Position numbers and translations under genes: made by a program. Source: Fibrobacteria bacterium (lineage in GTDB: Bacteria; Fibrobacterota; Chitinivibrionia; Chitinivibrionales; FEN-1185). Taken from it: 64,000 nt of DNA. The notes beneath the pieces were generated by a model, which made no database searches, was not told where the DNA came from, and was given only the letters and a program-made list of their open reading frames with translations. How positions within the stretch are numbered: position 1 is the stretch's first letter; each line of letters starts with the position of its first letter. Where the stretch lies: assembly GCA_037447435.1 (NCBI GenBank), contig JBBIGR010000004.1, positions 64,001 to 128,000 on the forward strand, in the 5' to 3' direction. Positions 37,217-48,028 of the stretch are shown here, one piece after another.

Positions 37217-38077
37217 TTACGCGCAGGATTTGCAAGGCTCGACATGAATGACAATATACGATTCCGGCAATTTCTTTTGTATTGCCGCTTCAATCTCATT
37301 GCACAAATCATGAGCCTTTCCCACAGGAGTCGAACCGTCCACATGAATATGGATGTCCAGTTCGCGTCGGTTTCCCGCTTTTCTGGTTCTTAATTTATGA
37401 AAATGGCGGATTTCCGGAAAATGGGAAATTATCTCGGTTATGATTTTAATTTCCTCGTCTGGAAGCGCTTTATCGGCCAGGTCTTCAAGTGCTTTTCTCG
37501 TTAAATCCCAGGACGCTTTTAGTATCAATCCCGCTACGGCAAACGCTATCATCGGATCCAATATCGATAATTTGGTAACACGGATAGCCACCAGTCCGAT
37601 CAAAACGCCCAGCGACGTGAACACGTCGACCGACAAATGCATGGCATCGGCTTCAAGCGCAATTGACTTTTCCCTTTTGGCAATTCGCAACAGATTGATT
37701 GAAACAATGATATTAACGATCACGCCGACGCCCATGATCGCTATACCCCAATCGAGCCGCTCGACGTGGCCCGGATGTATCACTTTCTTTACTGCCTCGA
37801 CAATTATTATTCCCGCTGCGACAAATATTAAAATCGCTTCGAAAAACCCTGAAATATTTTCAAATTTTCCGTGGCCGTACGGATGGTCCGAATCTGCGGG
37901 TTTGACTGCGGCTTTAATCGAAATATAGGCAACCAGACTTGCCAATAAATCTATTCCGGAATGGATAGCCTCGGAAACAACGGAAACCGATCCCATTACA
38001 ATGCCGCCGCCCAGTTTCAAACCTACCAGCAACGTATTTGAAATAATGGAAATAAGGGCTGCGCGTTGTTTATTCAT
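37217..38077 (-). CDS. Cation diffusion facilitator (CDF) metal efflux transporter
   Basis: SEAIHSGID, HPYGHGKFE, ADAMHLSVD, LRTRK, IHVEP; ATG 38077 after GAGG. Confidence 0.93.
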   Translation of the reverse strand: MNKQRAALISIISNTLLVGLKLGGGIVMGSVSVVSEAIHSGIDLLASLVAYISIKAAVKPADSDHPYGHGKFENISGFFEAILIFVAAGIIIVEAVKKVIHPGHVERLDWGIAIMGVGVIVNIIVSINLLRIAKREKSIALEADAMHLSVDVFTSLGVLIGLVAIRVTKLSILDPMIAFAVAGLILKASWDLTRKALEDLADKALPDEEIKIITEIISHFPEIRHFHKLRTRKAGNRRELDIHIHVDGSTPVGKAHDLCNEIEAAIQKKLPESYIVIHVEPCKSCA

Positions 38078-38213
38078 TGTATCCTCAAATTGCAATTGTC
38101 CGTCGATTTTCGATTCCGGCTTTATAATATAAATTACTTTCAAACGAGATCTTTTACAAAAGGGTTCCTGTCTTTTAAGAAAACAAGGTATATTTAAAGT
38201 ACTTTCTAAAAAG

Positions 38214-38873
38214 GTGTTTGTGCTTACTAATCAAAAATCCATATCGCGTTTGTCCCGCTATCGAACAGCCCTGTTGCAGTTCAAATCCTATGGTCTGTCC
38301 TGGATATATTCCGACCAAATTGCCGCATCGCTCGGCATTACCGCAGCACAGGTACGAAAAGATTTTTCGCATTTCGGCGTTACGGGCAAGCGCAAAATCG
38401 GATATCACATCGACATTATCCTCGAGAATCTGAGCAAAATTCTGGGAAAAAATGAGAGCCAAAAAGCCGTTATCGCGGGATTCGGGCCCATGGGAAGGGC
38501 TTTTTATTCCGATTATCTCGTTAAGGACAAAGGTATAGAAATCATTGCCGCTTTCGACGATTCGAATACTTCTCCGATTGTATCCGGTAACGGTTCCGAG
38601 CTTAAAATTTTGCCCATGGCCGAAATGACCTCGGTCATTACTTCGCAATCGATTCAATTCGGCATAATTGCAATACCCGATAAAACCGCTCAACATATTC
38701 TCGATATGATGGTTTTAGCCGGAATTCGCGGAATACTGAGCCTTTCTTCCGTAGAACTCAAGGCACCATCCATTTGCTTTGTAAACTCCATCAACCTTCT
38801 TCGCGAATTCGAAAAAGTCTTGTTTTTCGGCGGAAAACAGGCGAAACGGAGCGCGCAACGTGCGCGTCTTTAG
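38214..38873 (+). CDS. rex: Redox-sensing transcriptional repressor Rex
   Basis: RLSRY, QVRKDFSHFG, GKRKIGY, Rossmann GFGPMG, AAFD, AGIRGIL. Confidence 0.92.
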   Translation: MFVLTNQKSISRLSRYRTALLQFKSYGLSWIYSDQIAASLGITAAQVRKDFSHFGVTGKRKIGYHIDIILENLSKILGKNESQKAVIAGFGPMGRAFYSDYLVKDKGIEIIAAFDDSNTSPIVSGNGSELKILPMAEMTSVITSQSIQFGIIAIPDKTAQHILDMMVLAGIRGILSLSSVELKAPSICFVNSINLLREFEKVLFFGGKQAKRSAQRARL

Positions 38874-40707
38874 TCTTAGAGCCAAGATCCTTTTTTTCTT
38901 TCTATCCGCAATTATCGTTTTCGGCTCTCTCACCGCAGTATTCGGTTATAGAATCATCAAATCAAATGTTCTCAAACGGGCCCAAAAACAAGTCCAATAC
39001 GATATCCAAACCGCAAAGGTCGTATACAACCACGAACTCGAAAAAATAGTCATATCCTTTACCAGCATTTCAGACCCGCATTCGGCAATGCAACTAAAGC
39101 GGAAATTGGGCCTTGATTATGTATACAGCATTTCGGTGCCCGCGAACAGGCCCATAGCCAGCGAAATCGCCCGTGCGGCGCTTTCGGGAAATCCGTGCGG
39201 CGGCTCGCGGATTATAGACAGTTGCGAATTAGCCGGATTGGGCGATTCGCTCGCGGAGCGGTCGCGCATCGACATTGTGCCCGCGCCCCATTCCCCGCTT
39301 TCAGCCCGTACGACATTGACAAGCGCGCTCGCAATCGAATACGCGCAGCCGTTTTTCAATGAAAAAGGCGTTGTCACCTCTATACTCGTGGGCGGAAAAC
39401 TGTTAAACCGGTATTTTGCCATGGTAGACACGATCCGAAACACCATATACGGCGACCGGGTTTACCGCGACAAGCCGATCGGCACGGTGACCATTTTTCT
39501 AAACGATATCCGCATCGCGACGAATGTTTTGACAAACAATAACAAGCGGGCGTTGGGAACGCATGTTTCATCCCAGGTATACAACCATGTCTTTATAGAA
39601 GGGAAATCGTGGCTCGACCGGGCCTTTGTCGTCACCGACTGGTATCTCACCGCATACGAGCCGATTACCGATATCAATAAAAAGCCCATCGGCATCCTGT
39701 ATGTCGGTACGATAGAAAAACCGTTCATCGATTTGATTTTCCATACGCTTTGGCAATATTGTTTCATCGTCGGCTTGATCACCATCGTAGGAAGTATCGT
39801 CGCATTCCTGCTTGCAAATAGCATTTCAAAGCCCTTGCGACATTTTGCCGCGTCGGTTGGGAATATCGCCGCCGGCGACATGACGCATCGGGTCGACGTC
39901 GAAATGCCGGTATTGGAAATCAAGCAATTGTCCGAATCTTTCAACGAAATGATCGCAAAACTATTGCAACGGGAACGGGCTCTCACCGCCAACAACAGCG
40001 AACTGGAGATACTTAACGAACGATATCTTAATCTGGTTGGCATGGTGTCGCACGAACTCAAAGGCATTCTTGCCTCCGCAATGCTCAATGCCTGTTCGGT
40101 GCGCGACGGCTATCTCGGCGAATGTACGCCCGTGCAGAAAAAATCCCTCGACTCGGTCATCAGGAACCTCGAATACTTCGATGCGACGGTCATGAACTTC
40201 CTGAATTTAAGCAGGATTGAAAAAGGAGAACTATCATTGTCTATCCGCAACATCCTCATGCGGGAAGACATCATAGACAAATCCATCGATTCGTTTCAAA
40301 GCCAGGCTGATGCGAAAAAAATGCTCATCCGCAACCAGGTATCGCGCGATTGCATCGTCCAGGCCGATCCCTCGCTTTTACTCATCGTTGTCAACAATCT
40401 TCTGGGTAATGCGATAAAATACGGAACCTCCGCAAGTGAAATCGTGATCGATTCGCAACAAGCGCCCGACACCACAACGATTTCGGTGTTCAGCGCGGGA
40501 AGACCGATAACGGATCAGGAATCGAAAAAGCTGTTCAAACGGTTTTCACGAATAGAAACCAATGCCGAAACAAAAAAAACACGGGGAACGGGAATCGGCT
40601 TATTTTTATGCAAAACCATAATCGAAAATCACGGCGGTACCATGGGATACAAAAGCGACGATACGGGCAATTATTTTCTTTTTACCCTTAAAAACCTACG
40701 TTCGTAG
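38860..40707 (+). CDS. Sensor histidine kinase (Cache, HAMP, HisKA, HATPase)
   Basis: Two TMs; DIRIATNV...YLTAYEPI...GILYVG Cache signature; SHELKG; NLLGNAIKY; GTGIGL. Confidence 0.92.
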   Translation: MRVFSLRAKILFFFLSAIIVFGSLTAVFGYRIIKSNVLKRAQKQVQYDIQTAKVVYNHELEKIVISFTSISDPHSAMQLKRKLGLDYVYSISVPANRPIASEIARAALSGNPCGGSRIIDSCELAGLGDSLAERSRIDIVPAPHSPLSARTTLTSALAIEYAQPFFNEKGVVTSILVGGKLLNRYFAMVDTIRNTIYGDRVYRDKPIGTVTIFLNDIRIATNVLTNNNKRALGTHVSSQVYNHVFIEGKSWLDRAFVVTDWYLTAYEPITDINKKPIGILYVGTIEKPFIDLIFHTLWQYCFIVGLITIVGSIVAFLLANSISKPLRHFAASVGNIAAGDMTHRVDVEMPVLEIKQLSESFNEMIAKLLQRERALTANNSELEILNERYLNLVGMVSHELKGILASAMLNACSVRDGYLGECTPVQKKSLDSVIRNLEYFDATVMNFLNLSRIEKGELSLSIRNILMREDIIDKSIDSFQSQADAKKMLIRNQVSRDCIVQADPSLLLIVVNNLLGNAIKYGTSASEIVIDSQQAPDTTTISVFSAGRPITDQESKKLFKRFSRIETNAETKKTRGTGIGLFLCKTIIENHGGTMGYKSDDTGNYFLFTLKNLRS

Positions 40708-40756
40708 GTATCGGGCATTTCGTACATACATTCTTTTTTTCAAAGGAATTTTTATA

Positions 40757-41158
40757 ATGAATCAAAAAATATTGGTCGTCGACGACGATGTTGATTTTCA
40801 GGATGCGACATCGACGCTTTTAACCGCAAAGGGATATGAGGTCATTACGGCAAGTAATGGCGAAGAAGGATATGCCATGGCGAAATTGCATACGCCGTCG
40901 GTCATGCTTTTGGATGTGATGATGGCCCATGATAGTGAAGGCTTTGATGTGGCCCGCAGAATCCATGAAGATCCCGCAACAAATGAAATACCCATAATCA
41001 TGATTACCGGGATACGAAAAGCAAAGTCGCTCCCCTACACTTTTGATCCTGATCCCGATTGGCTCCCCGTTACTATAGTATTGGAAAAACCGGTCAAACC
41101 GGATGTCCTGCTCTCCGCTGTTTCTAATGTTTTAAAATCCTCGTCTACAAAAAAATAA
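40757..41158 (+). CDS. Single-domain response regulator
   Basis: ILVVDDD, LLDVMM, IMITG, LEKPV; no output domain. Confidence 0.93.
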   Translation: MNQKILVVDDDVDFQDATSTLLTAKGYEVITASNGEEGYAMAKLHTPSVMLLDVMMAHDSEGFDVARRIHEDPATNEIPIIMITGIRKAKSLPYTFDPDPDWLPVTIVLEKPVKPDVLLSAVSNVLKSSSTKK

Positions 41159-41439
41159 GCAATAATCGCACTCATATCGATTTTCAAAAGCAGCCTAATT
41201 AGTCGGAAATGCAGGGATATTTCCGACTAATCCGCTGCCGAGTTGGTAATTTTGCCATGTCCCATATTTTTATTAATTTTTTTCCCGATTTTCAACAACA
41301 TATTGCCTAAATGTTAATTAAATTCAACATGAGGAGGAAAATTCCGGACACATTTGATACGTATTTCAACATTGTTCGGGATTTTGTTCGGTACTTTGCG
41401 ATTTTTTTAGTGACCGGGTGCTTCAACGAAAGAGTTTTT

Positions 41440-42786
41440 ATGAAAACATCATTGCGTTTTGCCGTCGGTATTGCGTTAAATGTCCTTTTGCTTTCGTCCT
41501 GATTTGCTGCTGATAATTTTCCTTTTTCACAATCCCCCCCCGGCGGATTAAAACCGGAACAATGCCCCATGTTTGTTTTATTCGGGTTTGACGATAACGG
41601 CTATGCTGATGGAATCCTGTGGTTTCGAAACCTTGTAAAAGACTTGAAAAATCCCGACGGCACGCCGGTACGGGCAACTTTTTTTTGCAACGGCATATAT
41701 GGCGACAACGATCAGGAAGTTTTAGCGGCATGGCAAGCATTGGCAGACGACGGTCATGAAATCGGCAATCATACCTGGGACCATCCGCACGGTACCGGAC
41801 TTTCTCCGGATCAATGGAGCAAAGAAATTTCCGATAACACGACATTTCTCTCAAAAAATCTTTCGATCAATGCCAACCAAATCAAAGGTTTTAGAACGCC
41901 GTTTCTCGAATATACGCCAAGCACTATGACTGCCGTGGTAGCGAACGGATTGCAATACGATTGCAGCATCGAATTCGGATACAACGGATGGCAACCGGAT
42001 GTCGGAGATCCGGATTATCCCCCTGCCACATCCGGTCTCTGGTGGAATTCCATGAGCAGCTCTAAAACATTTCAAAAATTGTTCTGGCCGTATACGTTGG
42101 ATAAAGGCTCTCCTCCTGGAAACTCGGCAATTGGAAATCCCGTGGTTGCCGGGTTATGGGAAATCCCGGTTTACACGTATTTACGGGCCGATACCACCGG
42201 TGTCGTCACCGGCTTCGATTTTAACCTTTGGACTAATTCTACCAGGGCATATTTCGCCGCAACTTTGGAAAAGAATTTCGACCTCAGGTACACGGGCAAC
42301 CGTTCGCCGCTTCTCATCAGTGCGCACACTGATTATTATACAAAAGACAATGAAGATGCCGAAACTGCTTTTCCAAACGCACATTGGCAGGACCGCCGCG
42401 GCGCAATAGAAGATATTTTAACGTATGTCCGCAAATTTCCGGATGTGAGAATCGTTCCCATCAGCAATATGTTCAACTGGATGAAAAATCCTACGCCCCT
42501 CAGCCCGACATCGAATAAAAATGCCATTGCCCCAAAAGCCGCAATGACCAAAATCGCAATGAAATTCCTATCCAAAAAAGCAGTGGGCTTTTCTGTTCCT
42601 GCAAACGGGGCATTCGATTTATTGATTATCAATTCTGCCGGAACCGTGTTGCAAAAAAGCCGTGCAACGGCAAACGAAAACTCCGTTGTTTTCCCAATGG
42701 GAAATCTTCATGCATCGGGTTATTTCTTGTTTACGCTTAAAACTAAGCAAAATGTCGTTTTTACAAAGACCGCTTTTGTTGAATAA
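41440..42786 (+). pseudogene. Secreted polysaccharide deacetylase paralogue with one in-frame TGA in the signal peptide
   Basis: ATG 41440 gives MKTSLRFAVGIALNVLLLSS*FAADNFPFSQSPPGGLKPEQCPMFVLFGFDDN; TGA at 41500-41502 is in frame with ORF 41569..42786; GFDDN, NHTWDH, FRTP intact. Confidence 0.8.
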
Positions 42787-42817
42787 ACAGTCGGGCTAAT
42801 CTGCAGATACTATTTTT

Positions 42818-42853
42818 AAGGAAAGTGTGTTCCTAATCACACTTTCCTTTTTT
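42818..42853 (+). terminator. Intrinsic terminator
   Basis: AAGGAAAGTGTG-8 nt-CACACTTTCCTT followed by TTTT. Confidence 0.75.
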
Positions 42854-42914
42854 AAACCAATCTATTTTAGTTTGATCTTCATCTATAATTCCTATTTACG
42901 CAAAAGGATTTTTG

Positions 42915-45755
42915 ATGTCCAAAATGCAACAATTCATCTTATGCCTTGCGATGCTGGTAATTTTAAGCATTTCCTCCTGCACTAATATAGCAAACCCTTT
43001 CGATGATCCTAATAATGCAACAGCATCCTTGATTATTGTTGATTCAAAACTACTTGCAAGCACCGGCAACGAAGTGTTCGATACCGTCGGGAATACGCTT
43101 AAAATAGGAGTTTGCGCATACCTGCCGAATTTCGTTGATTCCGTGAGAGTAAGCATCACCGCGGGAATTGTAGATACGACTTTTAAAATAGAGAAATTCA
43201 GTTCGGAAATCGATACTCATTGGTGCCCTATTGTTTTAAAAAAAATCGGCGTCCATTACGTTTCGGCCAGGGCATATTTCAAAGGTGGAAATCTCCGCGA
43301 TTATTCGGGAAGAATTACAATAGCAGGAAAAAACCTCGTTCCTGTCGTAAAACCGACAACCGCAACTGCAAACGAAGGCGAAATGGTAACTTTTGTTGTT
43401 TCGGTTCAAGGCGATACAAATCTGACATACCAATGGTCCCATAATAAATCTCCGCTCATTGGCAAAACAGGCCCCGGTCTCGGATTAAACAACCTTACGG
43501 TAACGGATTCCGGTTTGTATTCCTGTCGTGTCATCGACGAATTTGGCGATTCCGTTTTTTCGTCGCCGGTTTATCTGACCGTAATTCCAAAATCGATAAC
43601 AAAAGCCAATACAAAACCCGGCCTGACGGTATTGGGCAGGAAAAGTTACCTCGAAGGAGAAATTTGTACGCTGTCCGTTGCCGTCGTCGACCCCGATTCC
43701 GGCACATCGGATTCCGTTGCCGTTTTAAAAGCGCCCGCCGGATATACTTATAATAATAATGTTTTCATTTATAAACCGATTGCAGGTTTTATCGGAACCG
43801 ATTCCGTGATATTTACGGCCATTGATAATGGAATACCGCCTCTTGCAGATACGCTAACGGTACAATTCACCGTTTCCAAGACGATGCCCGGCAACGAAGG
43901 TCCGGGGATTATTACTCAGCCGATAAATCAAACAGTGAAGGCAGGTACTTCCGTAACCTTTACCGTGGTCGCCTCCGGAACTCCCTTGCCGTCATACCAA
44001 TGGCGGAAAAATGGCGTCAATTGCACGTCTCCGTCCGCCGTAACCGCATCTCTGACTATTGATCCGGCAACGATAAGGGATACGGGGACTTATACGGTAA
44101 TTCTGACTAATCCCGTCGGTACCTTGACAAGCTCCGGTGCTTCATTGACAATTACCTCAACGCCGGTAATTACGGTAAATGCTCCGACTCTCACAAATGA
44201 TTCAAGTTATGTAACTGAAGCCAACCCGGTCATCACTGGAACGGCGGCAAGTGAAGCGGGCGTACAAGGACTAACGGCAAAAATAGACGGCAACGGCATT
44301 GCCGTGACGGGTTTGACCAATTGGAGTTTAAGCCTTGCGGGAATCACTAAAAAAGTTTGGCATTCCATTTCCATATCCGAAACGGATAGCGCCGGTAAAT
44401 CGATCACCAAATCGTTTCAAATATTTTATCGACCGGTATTATCGAAGCCGAACCCAACCGCTTTGATTACCGCGACAAGCAGGGCAATTTCTATTTCCTG
44501 GCCTTTTGTGTCGAATTGTGAAAAATATTGCATTTACAGATCGGCCAACGGGATACTTGGTTCTTACACGCTTATCAAAGATACTGCCTCGACGGGAATG
44601 GTCGATAGCATGCTTAAAATAGACAAAGAGTACTGCTATAAAATCAGGGGTTACTATTCAATAGGAACAAGCAAATATTCAAGAGATACGACTGAATTTT
44701 CGGATCCTGCAAACTTTTCAACAAAGAATTGGTTTCAGCACGTTTACAATATTTCCGAATCGGGAACGTCGGTGATTCAATGGCCGGATTCGGGATATGT
44801 TTTCTGTATGTCCAACTACAATGGGACCGCTACCGGCAGGGCGATGATCATGAAAATAAACAGTTCATCCGATAGCCTGTGGTGTAATTCGTACGGTACG
44901 ATAAGTTGCGGATTAAATACTATCTGCCGAGTCGAATCCGATGGTGGAATTCTATCGGGCGGCTTTACAACAGCGAATAGTCGTTCGATCGATTATCTTC
45001 TAAAAACCGATGCCCTTGGAAATATTGGTACTGCAAACACTTGGAGTAAATCGTTCACCGGCGGTATTATTTATTCAATTTTACAATCTAAAAACTCCGC
45101 TAGCCCCGGATTTGTTGCTACCGGCTACACGTATGTTGCAATGCTCGGTGCGGTGACAAGGTGGGGCAAATGTACGCCGGCCGGTGATTCGATTTGGGCC
45201 AAAAGCATGTTTCCCTATGAAGCATATTCATCCACCGCAACTACGGACGGTAATTATGTCTTAGCCATTGGCGGCAATGCTCCGGGAATCGCTAAGTTTA
45301 ATGAAGTTGGTGATACTCTTTGGACTAAATACTATAATTTGGGATTTTATTTCCATTCAAAATCTATTCGGGAAACGTATGACAAGGGATTTTTCATGGT
45401 CGTAGATTCTCAATATTCGCCATTTTCCTCCTATTTGATTAAAACAAATTCTTATGGCGACAGTCTATGGTTAAAATCATTGGGAAACATGACTATTAGC
45501 GGGAATAATTCTTTTCAGAAGCTTGCTAACGGCAATTTTGCATTAATAGGAAATACTGCGACATCGGAACCGAATACAATAAAACTTTTAATACTTGACC
45601 CAAATGGAGTGATTCTTCTTTCGAAAACTTATTCCAATGCGGGTATTGCAAATTCCATTCAGCAAACCTTTGATGGCGGATTCATTATCTGCGGATCTAA
45701 AGGCGGCAAAGTACAATTAATTAAAACCGATGTTAATGGCGATATTGGTCCTTAA
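42915..45755 (+). CDS. Large lipoprotein with Ig-like domains, an FN3-like domain and C-terminal beta-propeller-like repeats
   Basis: Lipobox ISS-C; Ig motifs YQWSHN...DSGLYSC and YQWRKNG...DTGTYTV; repeats DSLWCNSY, DSIWAKSM, DTLWTKYY, DSLWLKSL. Confidence 0.85.
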   Translation: MSKMQQFILCLAMLVILSISSCTNIANPFDDPNNATASLIIVDSKLLASTGNEVFDTVGNTLKIGVCAYLPNFVDSVRVSITAGIVDTTFKIEKFSSEIDTHWCPIVLKKIGVHYVSARAYFKGGNLRDYSGRITIAGKNLVPVVKPTTATANEGEMVTFVVSVQGDTNLTYQWSHNKSPLIGKTGPGLGLNNLTVTDSGLYSCRVIDEFGDSVFSSPVYLTVIPKSITKANTKPGLTVLGRKSYLEGEICTLSVAVVDPDSGTSDSVAVLKAPAGYTYNNNVFIYKPIAGFIGTDSVIFTAIDNGIPPLADTLTVQFTVSKTMPGNEGPGIITQPINQTVKAGTSVTFTVVASGTPLPSYQWRKNGVNCTSPSAVTASLTIDPATIRDTGTYTVILTNPVGTLTSSGASLTITSTPVITVNAPTLTNDSSYVTEANPVITGTAASEAGVQGLTAKIDGNGIAVTGLTNWSLSLAGITKKVWHSISISETDSAGKSITKSFQIFYRPVLSKPNPTALITATSRAISISWPFVSNCEKYCIYRSANGILGSYTLIKDTASTGMVDSMLKIDKEYCYKIRGYYSIGTSKYSRDTTEFSDPANFSTKNWFQHVYNISESGTSVIQWPDSGYVFCMSNYNGTATGRAMIMKINSSSDSLWCNSYGTISCGLNTICRVESDGGILSGGFTTANSRSIDYLLKTDALGNIGTANTWSKSFTGGIIYSILQSKNSASPGFVATGYTYVAMLGAVTRWGKCTPAGDSIWAKSMFPYEAYSSTATTDGNYVLAIGGNAPGIAKFNEVGDTLWTKYYNLGFYFHSKSIRETYDKGFFMVVDSQYSPFSSYLIKTNSYGDSLWLKSLGNMTISGNNSFQKLANGNFALIGNTATSEPNTIKLLILDPNGVILLSKTYSNAGIANSIQQTFDGGFIICGSKGGKVQLIKTDVNGDIGP

Positions 45756-45953
45756 CTTTTTTATGCAATAAAACTCTATTTAGATAATTTCCATCGAGAT
45801 ATTTATTTTGGATTTCATTTTCTTTTAGATGGTTTTCAAAGGCTAAACGGTTTTGCAAACAATTTCAGGACTTTCTGCAAAGAAATCTCCGGTAAAACAT
45901 CCTATCTTATAACTATATTTATTGAAAATTACCTTTAAAAAAAGGAAGATCAG

Positions 45954-47870
45954 ATGAAAAAAATTGCAATCCTGGTTTTTTGCGCTTTCCTATTTGCCGC
46001 AAATGTAGTTAAAGCCGGCGGCGAAGTGGCATTTTGGGCCGCGGCCGGCACAGGTGTCGGAGCTTTGCAGCAATCGTATGGAAGTGTGAATCCCAAAGAT
46101 GCGATAACCACGGTATGCCTTCAATTTTGGACACCGACGGCCTCCGGTGGTGTAACCAAAGGTGCCGATAATCCCTCAAGTTTTGTTACTTGGGCTCACC
46201 AAAATGGTATCAAAGTGCTTTTAACGGTAGCCAACAATGCATCGTGGGATTGGAACCTTGCCTCAAGCGCCTTTGGAAATGCCAATGCGTTTGCAACTGC
46301 ACTTATTAATGAAGCAAATGCGTATCAGATGGACGGTATCGACTTGGACCTCGAAGGATATGGCATATCGACCAGTCAATCAAGCCAGACACGGACACAA
46401 TTTAGCGCTTTCATAACAACGTTGTCCGGTAAGCTAAAAGCAAGCACAACCAATTGCAAAATGCTTACGGTTTGCACCACTGCAGATGCACCGGATAATC
46501 CGGATAATGTTCCCAATAGTGATTGGTGGAAAGATTGGGTGGGCAAAGTCGATTTCGTTCATGATATGCTTTACGCGGAAGGCGGAGAAGCCGATTGCGA
46601 AGGATCGGATCCCAATGTTGTTGGCGACGATCAATACTATTACAGCACGCAGCAAGGTATTGGTAAAGCCGTCGGCTATGCCGCATCACAGATCTCAATG
46701 TGTATTCCTTCGTTCAACACGGAAAATGCCGCCGGATGGCAAAGCAAATGGAGTACTCACTTTGATCAACTTTTAAAAATCGGCGCAAGCATCGGCGTAT
46801 GGGACCTGAAGCTATCGGACCCAAATTGGACATCGTCTGCACTTTGGACAAAACTCAAACAATTCAAAACAAGCGCCAATAATAACAGCTTGGCCATTAC
46901 CGCAACTTCCGGCGGTAAAGTCACCACAAGCCCGACAGGCACAAGCTTCGCTCCCGGGACGGTAGTCACTTTGACCGCTGTGCCTGATGCCGGTTTTAAA
47001 TTTGTTTCATGGAGCGGCGATTTTACCGGAACCGCAACGACGGCATCGGTCACCATGAATGCCAACAAAACAATCACCGCGACCTTCGCACTCACCAGCG
47101 GCGGCGGGGCGTTCGATATGTTTGCAAACGGCACGTGGGATTCTTATATCGATACCTACGGTTCAAAAATCACCATGACAAAGACCGCGACCGCGCTTAC
47201 CGGGGTTTGGACATTGGTGAAACAGCCGACAGACAACGATTACCCCTATGTCGGCGTCAATGTCGACGCGTCCGCCGGTTCATACAAAGGATTGACGTCC
47301 GTTATCGTTACGTACAAATCGACATCGAACCTTCTGATTTCCCTGACCGATCCCGCACTTGCAAGCGACGGCGATTGCTATCAGTATTCATTGCCGATAT
47401 CCGCATCCGTTCGAATAGATACTCTTGCTTTGAGCGATTTCCAACAGCCGTCCAACCCCACTAAGGTCGCACCGCTTCGTCTTGATTCCATCACGGACAT
47501 CGATTTTACGCCCGACATGGAACTCTCCACCACTACGGGCGGCGCGGGTAATTTCGTCATAAGCGGGCTCATTGTTAACGGAACGACTCTCAGCGGCGCA
47601 TCCGCAATTTCCAACAAGCATGTGTCAATGGCGAACATGTCTGCGTCCCCCATCATTAAAAACACACCGGCAGGCCTCGAGATTTCCAATATCAGGAACA
47701 CTCGTTCCATCGTGGTGTATAATGCAATCGGACGCGCAATCGCAACCCTAACGCCTTCCATGTCGCAACGCAGCGTCATGAAAGTTCCCATGGGTAAAAC
47801 GAACGGAATCCTATTTGTCCGTTTCAGCGGCACAAACGGATCATCGTCGGTGCAACGCATCATCCGCTAA
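45954..47870 (+). CDS. Secreted GH18 chitinase-like protein + InlB-B-type repeat + carbohydrate-binding domain + sorting tail
   Basis: HQNGIKVLLTV; intact DGIDLDLE; VTLTAVPDAGFKFVSWSGD; tail VYNAIGRAI. Confidence 0.85.
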   Translation: MKKIAILVFCAFLFAANVVKAGGEVAFWAAAGTGVGALQQSYGSVNPKDAITTVCLQFWTPTASGGVTKGADNPSSFVTWAHQNGIKVLLTVANNASWDWNLASSAFGNANAFATALINEANAYQMDGIDLDLEGYGISTSQSSQTRTQFSAFITTLSGKLKASTTNCKMLTVCTTADAPDNPDNVPNSDWWKDWVGKVDFVHDMLYAEGGEADCEGSDPNVVGDDQYYYSTQQGIGKAVGYAASQISMCIPSFNTENAAGWQSKWSTHFDQLLKIGASIGVWDLKLSDPNWTSSALWTKLKQFKTSANNNSLAITATSGGKVTTSPTGTSFAPGTVVTLTAVPDAGFKFVSWSGDFTGTATTASVTMNANKTITATFALTSGGGAFDMFANGTWDSYIDTYGSKITMTKTATALTGVWTLVKQPTDNDYPYVGVNVDASAGSYKGLTSVIVTYKSTSNLLISLTDPALASDGDCYQYSLPISASVRIDTLALSDFQQPSNPTKVAPLRLDSITDIDFTPDMELSTTTGGAGNFVISGLIVNGTTLSGASAISNKHVSMANMSASPIIKNTPAGLEISNIRNTRSIVVYNAIGRAIATLTPSMSQRSVMKVPMGKTNGILFVRFSGTNGSSSVQRIIR

Positions 47871-47889
47871 GCATTGATTTACATTCATG

Positions 47890-47922
47890 AAAAGGCCGGC
47901 ATATTCATGCCGGCCTTTTTTT
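47890..47922 (+). terminator. Intrinsic terminator
   Basis: AAAAGGCCGGCAT-ATTC-ATGCCGGCC-TTTTTTT, 20 bp after the GH18 stop. Confidence 0.88.
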
Positions 47923-48028
47923 ATCCCTCTTTTGGCCGTTCCCTCTTTTCCGATACATGGCAAAAATTTATATTCATTTTATTATTGATAATTAATCATT
48001 TATCGGCATTAATGGGAATTATGATTTT

